Shown piece after piece: positions 45,004 through 58,392 of a stretch of 64,000 nt of DNA. The stretch lies in NCBI RefSeq assembly GCF_009914755.1, contig NC_060927.1, one strand, 5' to 3'. Positions within the stretch are counted from its first letter, which is position 1, and every line of letters starts with the position of its first letter. Below the pieces are notes generated by a model. The model had not been told where the DNA came from. It worked only from the letters and a program-made list of their open reading frames with translations, and did no database searches. Source of the DNA: the human T2T-CHM13v2.0 reference genome, Homo sapiens. Made by a program: the position numbers and the translations under genes.

Positions 45004-48000
45004 TAGTTTTAAATTAATATTATTTTATATCAAGCAAATATCTTAAATTGCTGTTAATTCTTTTAGATTCTGTCATCTTATTTTACATTTCAAAAAGAAC
45101 ACTGTATAATTACTTTTTGTGGAAATCCAGCCCAACTTTGTCAGACACTTGCATCAGGAGGTGGGACGGGAGTCTGGACAGGTGGGGAAAGGCTCTGAGA
45201 AGGGAGTATACAGAGTGGTGTTCTTGGCTTTGCCACTAACCCAACTGTGTGATCTTCAGCTGAGGATTTAACTTCTTCGTGTCTTTGCTAATCTGTAAGT
45301 CAGATCACATGACCTCCATGGTCTCTTTTTCCTAGGAAGTTCTGGGATTTATGAGTTTTCTGAAATGTTGCAAAGCAATAGTGCTTTTGGAGGGCTGAAG
45401 TTAATAATCTGTTTCTACATATCATTGCTCTGTGTTAGGTGTGTTTGGTTAGTTTGCATGTCGTTCTTGGCTTCTCTAAGAGGACAAGCACAAAAAGTAG
45501 ATAAGCTACACACCTACATAGGGGATTCTCCATGAGTAGTTGAAAATCCTTGAAAATCACTAAACCTTTTGATCTCTCTTTTTATTCATAAGCGGTTTTC
45601 TAGAAATTTGATGTTTCCAGTTTCTAGGTATGTGATCACGTTTTGGTAGCTATCCCACAATCATGGCTTTTGGTCCCAGTTGCTTTCTTTTCACATGATT
45701 TGTGACAGTCAAGGAGAAAATTTGAACCTTCTGGGGATTTCAGAATAAATTAGCTTGGTCAGTAGAAAGACTGAAAAGTTATTTCAATTCTTCATTACTG
45801 ATATGGGCACTTTTTAATATTTTTAAAAACTATATAATGCCCAAGTACATTACACATTATAAAGACAAAGTTGTTTTAATTCTTTATTTCTGCCTTCTCC
45901 ATTATAATAAAAAAATACTTATTGAAAGGAAAAAATGAAGATCACCTTGCTTTCCTTTCTTCACTCCTTTGTGAGTCTGGCTACTAAATCCTCCTTCTGG
46001 TGGTTTTTTCATGTATCTCACTTAACTTCTCTTCTGCAATCAGTTGTTACCCAGCCTGCTGGTTTACCATTGTATGGGCTCTATAGCTGCTGCTGATTTT
46101 TCAGTTTTTACATGCCTTGAGTTGCCCTACTCAAGACTTTTACTTCTAATGCTATAAAACTTGCCCTTGTGTTGTTTCATAGGAAGGCTGTTACTTCTGA
46201 GATCTCAAACTTCCAAGTTTCTTTGGTTATCAGCTTTTGTCATTCCATCTCTTAATCCCTTGTTGACTCTGTACTCACCCTTTACCAAACCTTCCTGCTT
46301 TCCTTGCTCCCTTTTCTTCTCTTAGTCTCTGCTTCTTTCCCCATTTAGCCTATACCTGCTGGCTTATTTTAGCTATACTTTCACCTAAATAAATCTTCAG
46401 TCTCCAAACTTGGATAAATTCAGCCTCTTATTTCCAGTAGTGCTGTTTTCCACCTGCAGAGGCTCTGAAAGTTACATCTTTGTGGATTCAGTAAATATAT
46501 TTGGCAAATAGAATAGCTGGGCCTCTATGCTAACAATCTTTTCCATCCATTCTTAACATCTAATTTTGAGTGCCGAGGATAATTTCATTTTGGCATCTAA
46601 GCCCCTAAGTAAATACCATGCAGTCATGAAACTGTTTTTCTTGTGATTTGAAGCCTATGAGTTTACTTATATACAGAAACTGCAGTTATCCCGTAATAGA
46701 AAGGAAACCGTGGCACTTTTTCTGGGGTATCCTGTGCATTTTGGCTCATGTAACTTTTTAAAAAACCTTCTGGAACCTACTGGTAGGATTTCTTCAACCT
46801 AGCCGCACAGACCCAGTTGTTCAGGGACTGTTGCTACCAGGCATCATAACAAATATGTATTTTGGTAATGTAACATAAATTTTATAATGCTTTCTGTGAT
46901 AAGAGAAAAAATATGCAGCATTTCCCAGTTGATCAGAACCATAACAGATTTATGTAAACATAACCTTATATAGTCTTCTTTTTGTGTTTGACCTTGAGAT
47001 ACCCAATGATGATGTCAAAGATTGTTGGTTGCAAGACAAGTTTGAACTACAAAAATTAACTGTATTTTTAAACAATTAGAGATTATATTTTATATTAACT
47101 TTGGACATCATTAAATTTTTTATTCTTAAAATACCACTTACATGCTACACAAATTTTGCTATTTTACTAACATCGGCGGCTACTTCTAACATTTACATCT
47201 ATTTTTCTACTGGAATATGTATTTTATGTTAATAAGGTTTTTATATCTAGCTGGAGATGCTTCCGGAAATTTAGTCCACATTTGATCATTGTCTTGTAGC
47301 CTTAAACTCTTGCTTCATTCACATCTACTTTGTGTTATGCCCTGCTCTCTTCTACCTATGTCAGATGAATATTTATCCCTTTCTGCCTTGAAAGGCTAAA
47401 TTCCCTCAAGCCCCCATCTTGACTACAACATGTGCAGTGGTATTGGTGTCCTTACTTTACTGCCTTTCCTTGGCCCTTGCCTTGACTACTACTATCCCTC
47501 CATCTTCACTGGCTTCTGATTTGCATCAGGTCTCTGTGTTTCTCTTTAAATATATAAAATTAAAAACAATGTTTTTGTTTTATTTTTGTGAATCTGGTTT
47601 CCTTTCCTTTTGGTCTGTTATTCTACATTACTCCTACCTTTTACCTCAAAATTCCTTATGAAAGTCTGTCTTAAGCATTGTTCAGTTCTTAATGCTTTCT
47701 GCTCGGACTCCTGTTTCTCTTTTAGTTCCCTCTGACATGGGAAGCCTGGTACTGTGTCTGGCGCACGTGTCATGGATGCTCAGTATGTAGTCGCTGATTG
47801 AATGAAAGCTATTCCATGAAACCAGTTACATTCATGTTCACCAGTGACCTTTTGCTGACCATATTCAGTAACCTTTCCCTAGTTCTCATTCTATTTAACC
47901 AGTTGAAACACTTTTTTTTCAAGTCTTTCTCTCCTTTTTAGAAATGTTCTTTGGTTTATCTTTGCTTCTGTGATATTGTCCTTTCTTGGTCCCATCCCTA

Positions 48001-48592
48001 CCTCTGGCTACTTCCTTCAGTTTCCATCACTGATTTCTTTTGGCTAAATACTTTTTCACGAAGATGTTTCTCAAAATCTTCAGTTCTCCTCAGTGTCAGT
48101 CCTCTGAAGTAATATCTTCCGATCCTTTGGTTCATCTTTTGGCTCCTGTGTCTTTACGTGACATCCATCTAGAGCTCCAGACTTGATTATCAATGTTCCA
48201 GACATTTCCCTGTGGATGTTCCTTTGATCTCAAATTCAGTTTCTCCAAAAGCCTTAATATCTTCGGAGATGTTTTTTCAGTTTTTTTGTTTTTATTTTTT
48301 CTTGGGAGTGTTAGTGGTGGAAAGTAGGGAGGATTGTCTTACTGTTTGGGTGAAGGAAGAGCCCTTGGGCTCAACTTCTCTATTTGAAGATTTTCAAGCA
48401 AACTCTTAGTTTTAATCCCATGTCTGACACTGCCTTAAGTGGTTCCTAGTGTCTTCAAATCCTAAGTCATTTCAGATTGCCTATGGGATGATTGTTAGGT
48501 TCAGAGTCCCTTTTTGCAGTCACTTAGGTAGAAGCTTTCTCTGCCTCTGTCTGCTTTTGCCTTCTAAACCTTTTCTGAAATCTCTTGCCTGC

Positions 48593-48976
48593 TATATTCA
48601 GCTGTTTTTGCATTGCTATAAAAAAATACCTGAGACTGGGTAATTTATAAAGAAAAGGCGTTTCATTGGCTTACAGTTCTGCAGGCTTTACATAAAGCAT
48701 GGCACCAACATCTGCTCGGCTTTGGTGGAAATCATAGCAGAAGGCAAAGAAGGAGCAGACATGTCACATAGCAAGAGCAGGAGCAAGAGAGAGGGGAAAG
48801 CTGCCACACACTTCTAAACAACCAGATCTCACGAGAACTCACTCACTATTGCAAGGACACCACAAAGCCATCCATGAGGGTTCTGCCCCCATGACCCAGA
48901 CACCTCCCACCAGGCCCCACCTCCAACATCAGGGATTATATTTCAGTGTGAGGGTACAAACATCCAAACTGTATCA
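48593..48976 (-). mobile_element. MaLR solo LTR (MSTB/MSTA-like)
   Basis: TGCATTGCTATAAAAAAATACCTGAGACTGGGTAATTTATAAAG; AACAACCAGATCTC; CATCCAAACTGTATCA. Confidence 0.9.
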
Positions 48977-50029
48977 CCAGTTATATCTGTTCTCTTCCTG
49001 TCTTTGTACTTATAACTAAAAACAACAACAACAAAAATACTCTTTTGCTGTCATTTTAGAGTATTTTGTTCAAAAGGAAAAAATCAATGTGTATGTTCTA
49101 TCCACAGTGTTAAACAGAATTTGTATCCCTTTGTGTGTAGTTGAAAAAAGCAAATCTCAAATTAAGTCACTTGACACAACTCCCACTGATAATGAACAGA
49201 GGCAAGAGAATTCAGAGGCAGTTATGTACCATGATTCTTCCTATTCGTGTACTGAATTTTTAAGCTATATTCATAAACTTCATTTATCAAAAAGAAATCC
49301 TATTAAAACATAAAAATAACAATGGCAGTAAGTCTTTTTCCAGAAATGAACCATGAGCTAAATAAGATTATTATATCTGGACCGCAGGTTATAGATTCTC
49401 CAACCCAGGCCTCAATACATCAATGATTATTATGCATATTCTCCATAGCTTGGCATCTGCCTTATATAAAATCTACCACTGGTCCCATTTTAGAAATGCT
49501 GCTCATGACTAATCATGCAACTTTGTTGAAGGATTTAGCATCTTTTAAGAGGAAGTATTTGGTGTATGCCTGTGATATTCTTGTAAATAAAATGAAATTA
49601 ATAAGTATTAACTTACTGCATATCAATATCAGATATTTATGACACATTACCCTTATTTCTAATAAGTAAATCACTTATTACAAAGAACCGCATTTTTTGT
49701 TGCCACTGTTTAATAATTGACATGTAGAAATGGAAGAATTGTAGCCCAAGACTATTTCACTGAGGAAGAATGATCACTAATTGTTCTTTACATTAATGCC
49801 CGTATTCAGAATACAGAATTATGTAGTAAGATGAATATTTTAAATATTTGCATCTGTTCATATTTTGATTTTATGTAGCTCCTCTTTCCTTATTAGGTTT
49901 TCAACTCTTTCTCAGTGAGAGTAAAATGGTAGTCAAATTTAAATGTGTTAAATGTTGTCTTGGTTAGAGGGAAATTAATTACTGAACCAATTTTTAAAAT
50001 ATGTATGGCTTTAGTGTATGCTTGCTATC

Positions 50030-50470
<441 letters not shown>

Positions 50471-50729
50471 TGCTGTCTTTTTTTCTCAGCAATGCAAATA
50501 GTTGCAGCAGTATCATGTCAGTTTAACGTACAGATTTTTATACGTCTCTTTTTCAAACATAACAGTGCTCCCACCCCAACAATAATTGTACCTGCAACCC
50601 TGTGTATAAATAGATTACAGCACAGTTTTCCCTGTTGATGGTGGGAATGATTTGCCTGGAGCTTCACAGTCAGCCACTGTTCTCTGCCCCTGCCATTCCT
50701 GGCACCTCCTTGGAACAGTTTTGAAATTA

Positions 50730-50970
50730 CATGTGTAATGATGGAAAGAACACAGTCTTTGTAACCAGATATGCCTGGACTTAAATCCTAGATCTTCCAG
50801 GTGGTGGCTTGGTAACTTTGGGAAATTTATTTAACCTCTCTGAATCCTGGTTTATTGATCTGTAGTAGGGCGGGTCCTTATTTCATAGAGGTGTTTTAGA
50901 ATTAACTAAGATAACATGTTAAGTACTGTACAATGCCTGATACAGAGTAGGCACTTGGTAAAATGATTGC
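50730..50970 (+). mobile_element. Near full-length MIR
   Basis: GGAAAGAACACAG...TTTAACCTCTCTGAATCCTGGTTT...ATCTGTA...AATGCCTGATACAGAGTAGGCAC. Confidence 0.85.
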
Positions 50971-52608
50971 CTTCTTGCCATATAAAGTCTGGCTAAAACT
51001 TAGAAATACTGTGAATCTTTGCTTGAAAATGGTGGTGATTTATTCTGGGTGAATAGTATAGAAGGCACATATTTGAAATATTGATTCTGCATAACGTTTG
51101 AGAAGAAGGTACATACAAGAAGGCATACCATATTCAACTTTAGCTGGAAGTCAAAATCTTGCCTCTTGATTGCTTCTAAAAAAAAAAAGTGAGTGCTACT
51201 GGAGTGCCCGAAATGGAAAATGCGCTGTGTGTTACTGTGCTGTCCAGTTGACCAAATGGACTGTCAGGGCTTAAGCCTGTCATTGTGGCTGATGGTAGTC
51301 TGGGCACTTGACATCTTGTAGTTATTGAATTGATTGTGTTGTAAGGTATCTGGTTTGATTTGCAGCCACTTCAACTATGGTATACCTGGAATGTTCCTAC
51401 ATTGCGGTATGATGGAATATCTTATCAAAATGGAAACTGAATATGAAGGAACATGTATGTACTCTAGATTTTTGTGAGAAAATTTGCCTTTACAGGTGTC
51501 AGATACTGATTCTGGAACACGAGAGTGAGCGCCAGAAAGCTCTCAGAGAATCAAAAGCATTTGTTATTCTGGCCCAGTGCTTTTGCTGAAATACTTATAT
51601 CATAACAGGAGGGAATGGCTTTCCTGCCATTCCTTTTCTTGTTCCTTTCTCTTCTCTCTTTGTATACCTGCCCTGGTTGATTTGATTTCTGCCTGCATCT
51701 TGGCTAGTGACTAGCTCATATATGTTCCTTTAGCCCAGCATATATCGTGAGCTTCAGGGTGATAAAGCCTGCTATTTCACGGACCTCTCCTCTCAGATGT
51801 CTCTGAGTATAAAGTTTGACATACTCAAAGTTGAACTCATTTTATTTTAGCTTCCTGCTATTTCTGGAAGTACCACCACACTACCCAATCTTGACACCTG
51901 GGAATGAATCTAGTGTTTTATCTCCCTTCCCATTGAACTAAGGCCCATCAACGGCCCTTCCTTCATACGCATACCCATTGATACTATATAACTCATACTT
52001 TTCTTATTTAGATCAGCAATTTCACGCATATTTTTTCTCTGATACATATGAGAGGTAACTGTTTTGGGTCACCTGTGGTTAAGGGCACTTACTTTAAATA
52101 GTACATATAACTACATATCTTTATCAAAAATTATATGGATTTGAAAACAGTGAAAGTAACACGCCAGATATAACTTTAATTCTATACTAGAACATTTTTA
52201 GAAGGTAAAATTTTAGCTTTTAAAATAATCTTGGTAATAAGTTATTAATTACATCCTAGAACTGATCATAACACTGATGTGTGATGATATAAAAGTTGCA
52301 AATAGCTTATTGTTTTAAACTATAACCAGCTGCATTAAGGTAAGGTAGTTGCCTACCTACCTTGCCTGTTGTCATTTTCTAATGAAAAGAATAACTCTGT
52401 GATAACGATCTAATGTTATCTTTGAAGCAAAATTACTTTAACAATAGGAGTATAAACAGTTCATCTTTACAAATTTAGTTGTAAAATCCATTTATTGAAA
52501 AATAATGACATGAATATATATCAGTACTCACTGAGGAGTTAATCAGACAACCCACCACGATGAAATCCTTTATAAAGGTACTGATTTTGATTTAAGATTT
52601 TAGCATCA

Positions 52609-52901
<293 letters not shown>

Positions 52902-53199
52902 TTAAGCTGTAATTCAAGATAGCAGCAATAATAAACTAATAAAGCATTTTTCTCAAAATTGTGAATTTCAAGTATTGGTGGTGGAATTTCAACTTTTGGC
53001 AAAATTTCCAAGTAATACGCGGCAGCCAGATGTCTTAGTAGAACATTAACTAGAATTATTTAATAAGGAGTGGGTTTTAGTTTATGAATGCCAAATTTTA
53101 GTTACCGTTAATAACTTCAGTAATAATCCTAGTCATGATGAAAGTATGTAAGATTATTGTTTACCTACACCCTGTGGTGTCAAGGCAGACATATGATAT

Positions 53200-54290
53200 T
53201 AGGGATATACACTGGAAGAACGTAAATGTAATTTCCGTCCTGAAAAACTGGAATTGTAGAAGGAATTTTCCAGGCAAAGAGAGCAAGGGATAAGTCCCAG
53301 CAGTGGAAATAGCATTCTGCAAAGATACACAGTAGTGTGAAAGAAAGAAAGGTAGGGAGGGAGAGAGGAAGGAGGAGATAGTGAATAGTAATGCATGTGA
53401 AGACAGTAGGCATTGCAAGCATTGTGAGTGGTAAGAGATGAAATTGGAGAAAGCCATGGGGGCTATATCCACCAAGACCTTGAAGGCAATGCCAGGGGGC
53501 TTGGATTTTATCCTGATGGCAATGCTCAGCCATTGGAGGGATTTAAGAATGATCATACTTGGCTTCTAGAAGATTGCTGTGGTTTTTGTCTGGAGAACAT
53601 AGTGGGGGATAACAGATGTGGAAGCAGCAAATCCGGTTAGGCCACCGATAACACTATTCTAGGGGGCGCAGTTATGGTGATGGTGTCCTGATGTTTTCTC
53701 TGACTTTAACAAGTGGGAATTTTAAACTTTATAGAAGAAGGAAGAAAGGAGACATAGCATGGCCAAGTTCAGTTTGGAATGTTTTGAGTTTGAGGTCCAG
53801 TGAAGCATCCAGGTATGGAGATAGATGTCTGGTTGGTAGTTTAGGAGTCTGAGCTAATCTGAGGATCATCATCTGAATATTTGAGTCTGTGGGCAAGAGA
53901 TTTCATAAGAGCATGAAGGAAAAGCTGATATAGGCTGGAAATTGGAGAAGCATGTTATATGAGGGATGGCTACAAGAAGTGAATGTGAAAGAGATGGAGA
54001 AGAGTATTCAGAGAGTAAGAAGGGAAACCTCAGAGTGATGCCATGGAATCTAAAGGAAGAATGGTTTTCAGGAAGAGATTCAGTCTCACATTCTGCAGAC
54101 ACATCATATAAGATCAGGACAGAAGAACAGTCCATTGGAGTGATTAGTCGTTAGAATGGTGTCCCTGAAAGGTCATGGTTAGGATTATTGGGGAGGTAGC
54201 CCAATTGTCTGGACTTAGGAAGTGATTGGGAGTAAAGGAAAAGAAACAGGGAGGGTTGGTAACTCCTTTGTAACGAGGTTAGTAATGAGG
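53200..54290 (-). mobile_element. L2 LINE fragments
   Basis: Purine-rich L2 motifs (TTGGATTTTATCCTGATGGCAATG, GTTCAGTTTGGAATGTTTTGAGTTTGAGG). Confidence 0.7.
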
Positions 54291-54744
54291 ACAGAGGAGA
54301 AGGCTGTCTCTGGATATACTTTTGACACTTAGATTAATTCCATACTTAGCTGTTGTAAATAGTGCTGCAATAAACATGGGTGTGCAGATATCTCTTTGAC
54401 ATACTGATTTCCTTTTCTTTAGATGTATATTTAGAAGTGGGATTGCTGGATCCCATAGTAGTTTATTTTTGGTTTTTGGAGCAACCTCCATACTGTTTTC
54501 CATAATGATTGTACCAGTTTATATTCGCACCAACAGTGTATAACAGTTCCCTTTTCTCTACATACTCACCAGCATTTGTTACTTTTTGTCTTTGTGATAG
54601 TAGCCATTCTAACTGGGGTGTGATATCGCATTGTGGTTTTGAAGTGCATTTCCTGGATAATTAGCAATGTTGAGCATTTTTCATGTACTTGTTGACTATT
54701 TGTGTGTCATCTTTGATAAATGTCTGTTCAGATTAATTGCCCAT

Positions 54745-55145
54745 TTTTATTTCTTCTAATTATTTTAATAGTTTAGTAGCACAGGTGGTGTTTGGTTATA
54801 TGGATAAGTACTTTAGTGGTGATTTCTGAGATTTTGGTATACCCATCACCCAAGCAGTGTACACTGTACCCAATGTGTAGTCTTTTATCCCTCATTCCCC
54901 TCCCACCCTCCCCCCAAAGTCCCCAGAGTCCATTTTTATCATTCTTATGCCTTTGCATCCTTTTAGCTTAGCTTTCACATAAGTGAGAACATATGATGTT
55001 TGGTTTTCCATTCCTGAGTTACTTCTCTTAGAATAATGGTCTCCAACTCCATCCAAATTGCTGCAAATGCCATTATTTCATTCCTTTTTATGGCTGAGTA
55101 GTATTCCACAGTATATGTACACACAGACACACACACACATACAAT

Positions 55146-55177
<32 letters not shown>

Positions 55178-56620
55178 TCTTTATCCACTCGGTTGATGGG
55201 CATTTAGGCTGGTTCCATATTTTTGCAATTGCGAATTGTGCTGCTATAAACATGTGAGTGCAGGTGACTTTTTCATATAATGACTTCTTTTCCTCTGGGT
55301 AGATACCCAGTTGTGGGATTGCTGGATAAAATGGTAGATCTACTTTTAGTTGTTTAAGAAATCTCCGTACTATTTTCCATAATGATTGTACTAGTTTACA
55401 GTCCCACCAGCAGTGTAAAAGTGTTCTCCTTTCACTGCATCCGTGTCAACATCTATAATTTTTTGATTTTTTAATTATGGTCATTTTTTGCCATACTTAA
55501 ATATTGTGGTATCACAATCGTGGTATCACAATTGTGGTTTTGATTTGCATTTCCCTGATAATTAGTGATGTTGAGCATTTTTTCACATGTTTTTGTTAGA
55601 TTTGCTTTTGGGTTCTTAGTGATGAACTCTCTGCCTAAGTCAATGTCTGGAAGAGTCTTATGGATTTTATCTACTAGAATTATTATGGTCTCAGATCTTA
55701 GATTTAAGTATTTGATCCATCTTGAGTTGATTTTTGTATAAGGTGAGAGATGAGGATCCAGTTTCATTCTTTGACATGTGGCTTGCCAGTTATCCCAGCA
55801 CAATTTGTTGAATAGGCTGTCCTTTCCCCCACTTTATTTTTGTATGCTTTGTTGAAGATCAGTTGGCTGTATTTGGCTTTATTTCTGGGTTCTCTATTCT
55901 GTTCCTTTGGTCAACATGCCTATCTTATACCAGTACCATGCTGTTTTGTTAACTATAGCCTTGTAGTATAGTTTGAAGTCAAGTAAAGTGATGCCTCCAG
56001 ATTTGTTTTTTTGTTGTTGTTTGTTTGTTTTTTGCTTAGTCTTGCTTTGGCTATGCTTTGGCTATGTGGGCTCTTTTTTGTTCCATATGAATTTTAGGAT
56101 TGTTTTTTCTAGTTCTATGAAGAATGATGGTGGTATTTTGATAGGAATTGCATTGAATCTGTAGATTACTTTTGGCAGTATGGTCGTTTTCACAATATTA
56201 ATTCTACCCATCCATGAGCATGGGATGTGTTTCCATTTGTTTGTGTCATTGATGATTTCTTTCAGCAGTGTTTTGTAGTTTTCTTTGTAGAGATCTTTCA
56301 CCTCCTTTGTTAGGTATACTCCTAAGTATTTTTTTTTTTTTTTGCAGCTGTTGTAAAATGGATTGAGTTCTTGATTTGTTTCTCAGCTTGGTCGTTGTTG
56401 GGGTATAGCAGTGCTCCTGATTTGTATACATTGATTTTTTTTTATCCTGGAATTTTACTGAATTCATGTATCAGATGTAGAAGCTTTTTGGATGAGTCTT
56501 CAGGGTTCTCTAGAAACACGATCATATCATCAGCCAACAGTGACAGTTTGACTTCCTCTATACGAATTTGGACCCTAAATTTCTTTCTCTTGTTTGATTG
56601 CTCTGGCTAGGACTTCCAGT
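54745..56620 (-). mobile_element. L1PB (L1PB1-like) 3' portion
   Basis: 3' end ACAGGTGGTGTTTGGTTATATGGATAAG...GTGTACACTGTACCCAATGTGTAG; ORF2p peptides ([33 protein letters not shown]); (CA)n at 55119-55172. The 5' boundary is approximate. Confidence 0.85.
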
Positions 56621-57320
56621 ACTATATTGGATAAGAGTAGTAAGAGTGGCATCCTTATCTTGTTCCAGATCTTAGCAGAAAAGTTTTAACTTTTCTACTT
56701 TTACTATGATGTTACCTGTGGATTTGTCATATATGGCCTTTATTTCATTGAGGTACATTCCTTATATACCTATTTGTTGAGAGTTTTTATCAAGAAGGGA
56801 TATTAAATTTTATTAAACGTTTTTCTGTTTCAGATGATCAAAAGGTTTTTATCCTTCATTCTGTTGATGTGATGTTTATTGTGTTGTATATGTTGAATTG
56901 TCTTTGCATCATTGGGATAAATTCAACTTAATTATGGTATATAATCTTTTTTATGTGCTGTTGGATTTATTTTGCTAGTATTTTATTGGAGATTTTTGCA
57001 TCTTGTTATTCTAGGGTAATGGCCTGTAGTTTTCTTTTGTGTGTGTTTGTGTGTCCATGTCTGCTTTTGTTATCAGGGTAATGATGGCCTTGCATGATGA
57101 ATTTTTGAATAATTCTGTCTCCTTTGATTTTTTGAAATAGTTTGAGAATAATTGGTGTTCTTTAACAGTTTAGTAGAATTCAGCAGTGAGGCTGTGTAGT
57201 CTTGGGCTTTTCTTTGTTGGGAGACTTTTTATTACTTATTCAACCTTGGTACTAGTTATTGGTCTGTTCAGGTTTTCTGTTTCTTCTTGCTTCAATTTTG
57301 GTAGCTTGTATATGTCCAGG

Positions 57321-58392
57321 TATCGGGGAACCTGCCCCGATAGTCACGTAGATTCTTTTCTATTTTCCTTAAGCGTCAGCTGGCTTGAGAAATAAAGGGA
57401 CAGAGTACAAAAGAGAGAAATTTTAAAGCTGGGCGTCCGGGGAAGACATCACATGTCGGTAGGTTCTGTGATGCCCCACAGGCTGCAAAAACCAGCAAGT
57501 TTTTGTTAGGGTTTTCAAAAGGGGAGGGAGTGTGCAAATAGGTGTGGGTCACAGACATTAAGTACTTCACAAGGTAATAGAGTATCACAAGGCAAGTGGA
57601 GGCAGAGCGAGATCACAGGACCACAAGACTGGGGCGAAATTAAAATTGCAAATGAAGTTTCGGACACCACTGTCATTGACAACATCTTATCAGGAGACAG
57701 GGTTTTGAGAGCAACCGGTCTGACCAAAAATTTATTAGGCGGGAATTTCCTCTTCCTAATAAGCCTGGGAGCGCTATGGGAGACTGGGGTCTATTTCACC
57801 CCTACAGCCTCGACCATAAGATACGGGCACACCTAAGGGGGCCATTTATAGGCCTATACCCCCAGGCACGTATTCTCTTTACCAGGGATGTTCCTTGCTG
57901 AGAAAAAGAATTCAGCGATATTTCTCCCATTTGCTTTTGAAAGAAGAGAAATATGGCTCTGTTCCGCCCAGCTCACCAGCGGTCAGAGTTTAAGTTTATC
58001 TCTCTTATTGCCTGAACAATTGCTGTTATCCTGTTCTTTTTTCAAGGTGCCCAGATTTCATATTGTTTAAACACACATGCTCTACAATTTGTGCAGTTAA
58101 TGCAATTATCACATGATGAGGATGGCGACATACATCCTCATCAGCTGACAGCATTAAGAGATTAAAGTAAAGAGAGGCATAGGAAATCACAATGGTATTG
58201 ATTGGGGAAGTGATAAGTGTCTATGAAATCTTTACAATTTATGTTTAGAGATTGCAGTAAAGACAGGCATAAGAAATTATAAAAGTATTAATTTGGAGAA
58301 CTAATAAATGTCCATGAAATCTTCACAATCCACGTTCTTCTGCCATGGCTTCAGCCGGTCCCTCCGTTTGGGGTCCCTGACTTCCCACAACA
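57321..58392 (-). mobile_element. Full-length MER11 (MER11C-like) HERV-K11 solo LTR, antisense to CRYBG3
   Basis: Reverse strand begins TGTTGTGGGAAGTCAGGGACCCC; 1072 bp; perfect 6-bp TSD TCCAGG at 57315-57320 and 58393-58398 (ERVK-type); CpGs retained. Confidence 0.93.

Noticed and set aside
49425-49439. SOX-OCT-like composite GATTATTATGCATAT
   Set aside because: A single degenerate match in AT-rich DNA; not significant
51496-51524. Possible 29-nt microexon (TTTACAG|...GA|GTGAGC)
   Set aside because: Frame-shifting, weak donor, no support from the recalled protein; such sites arise by chance
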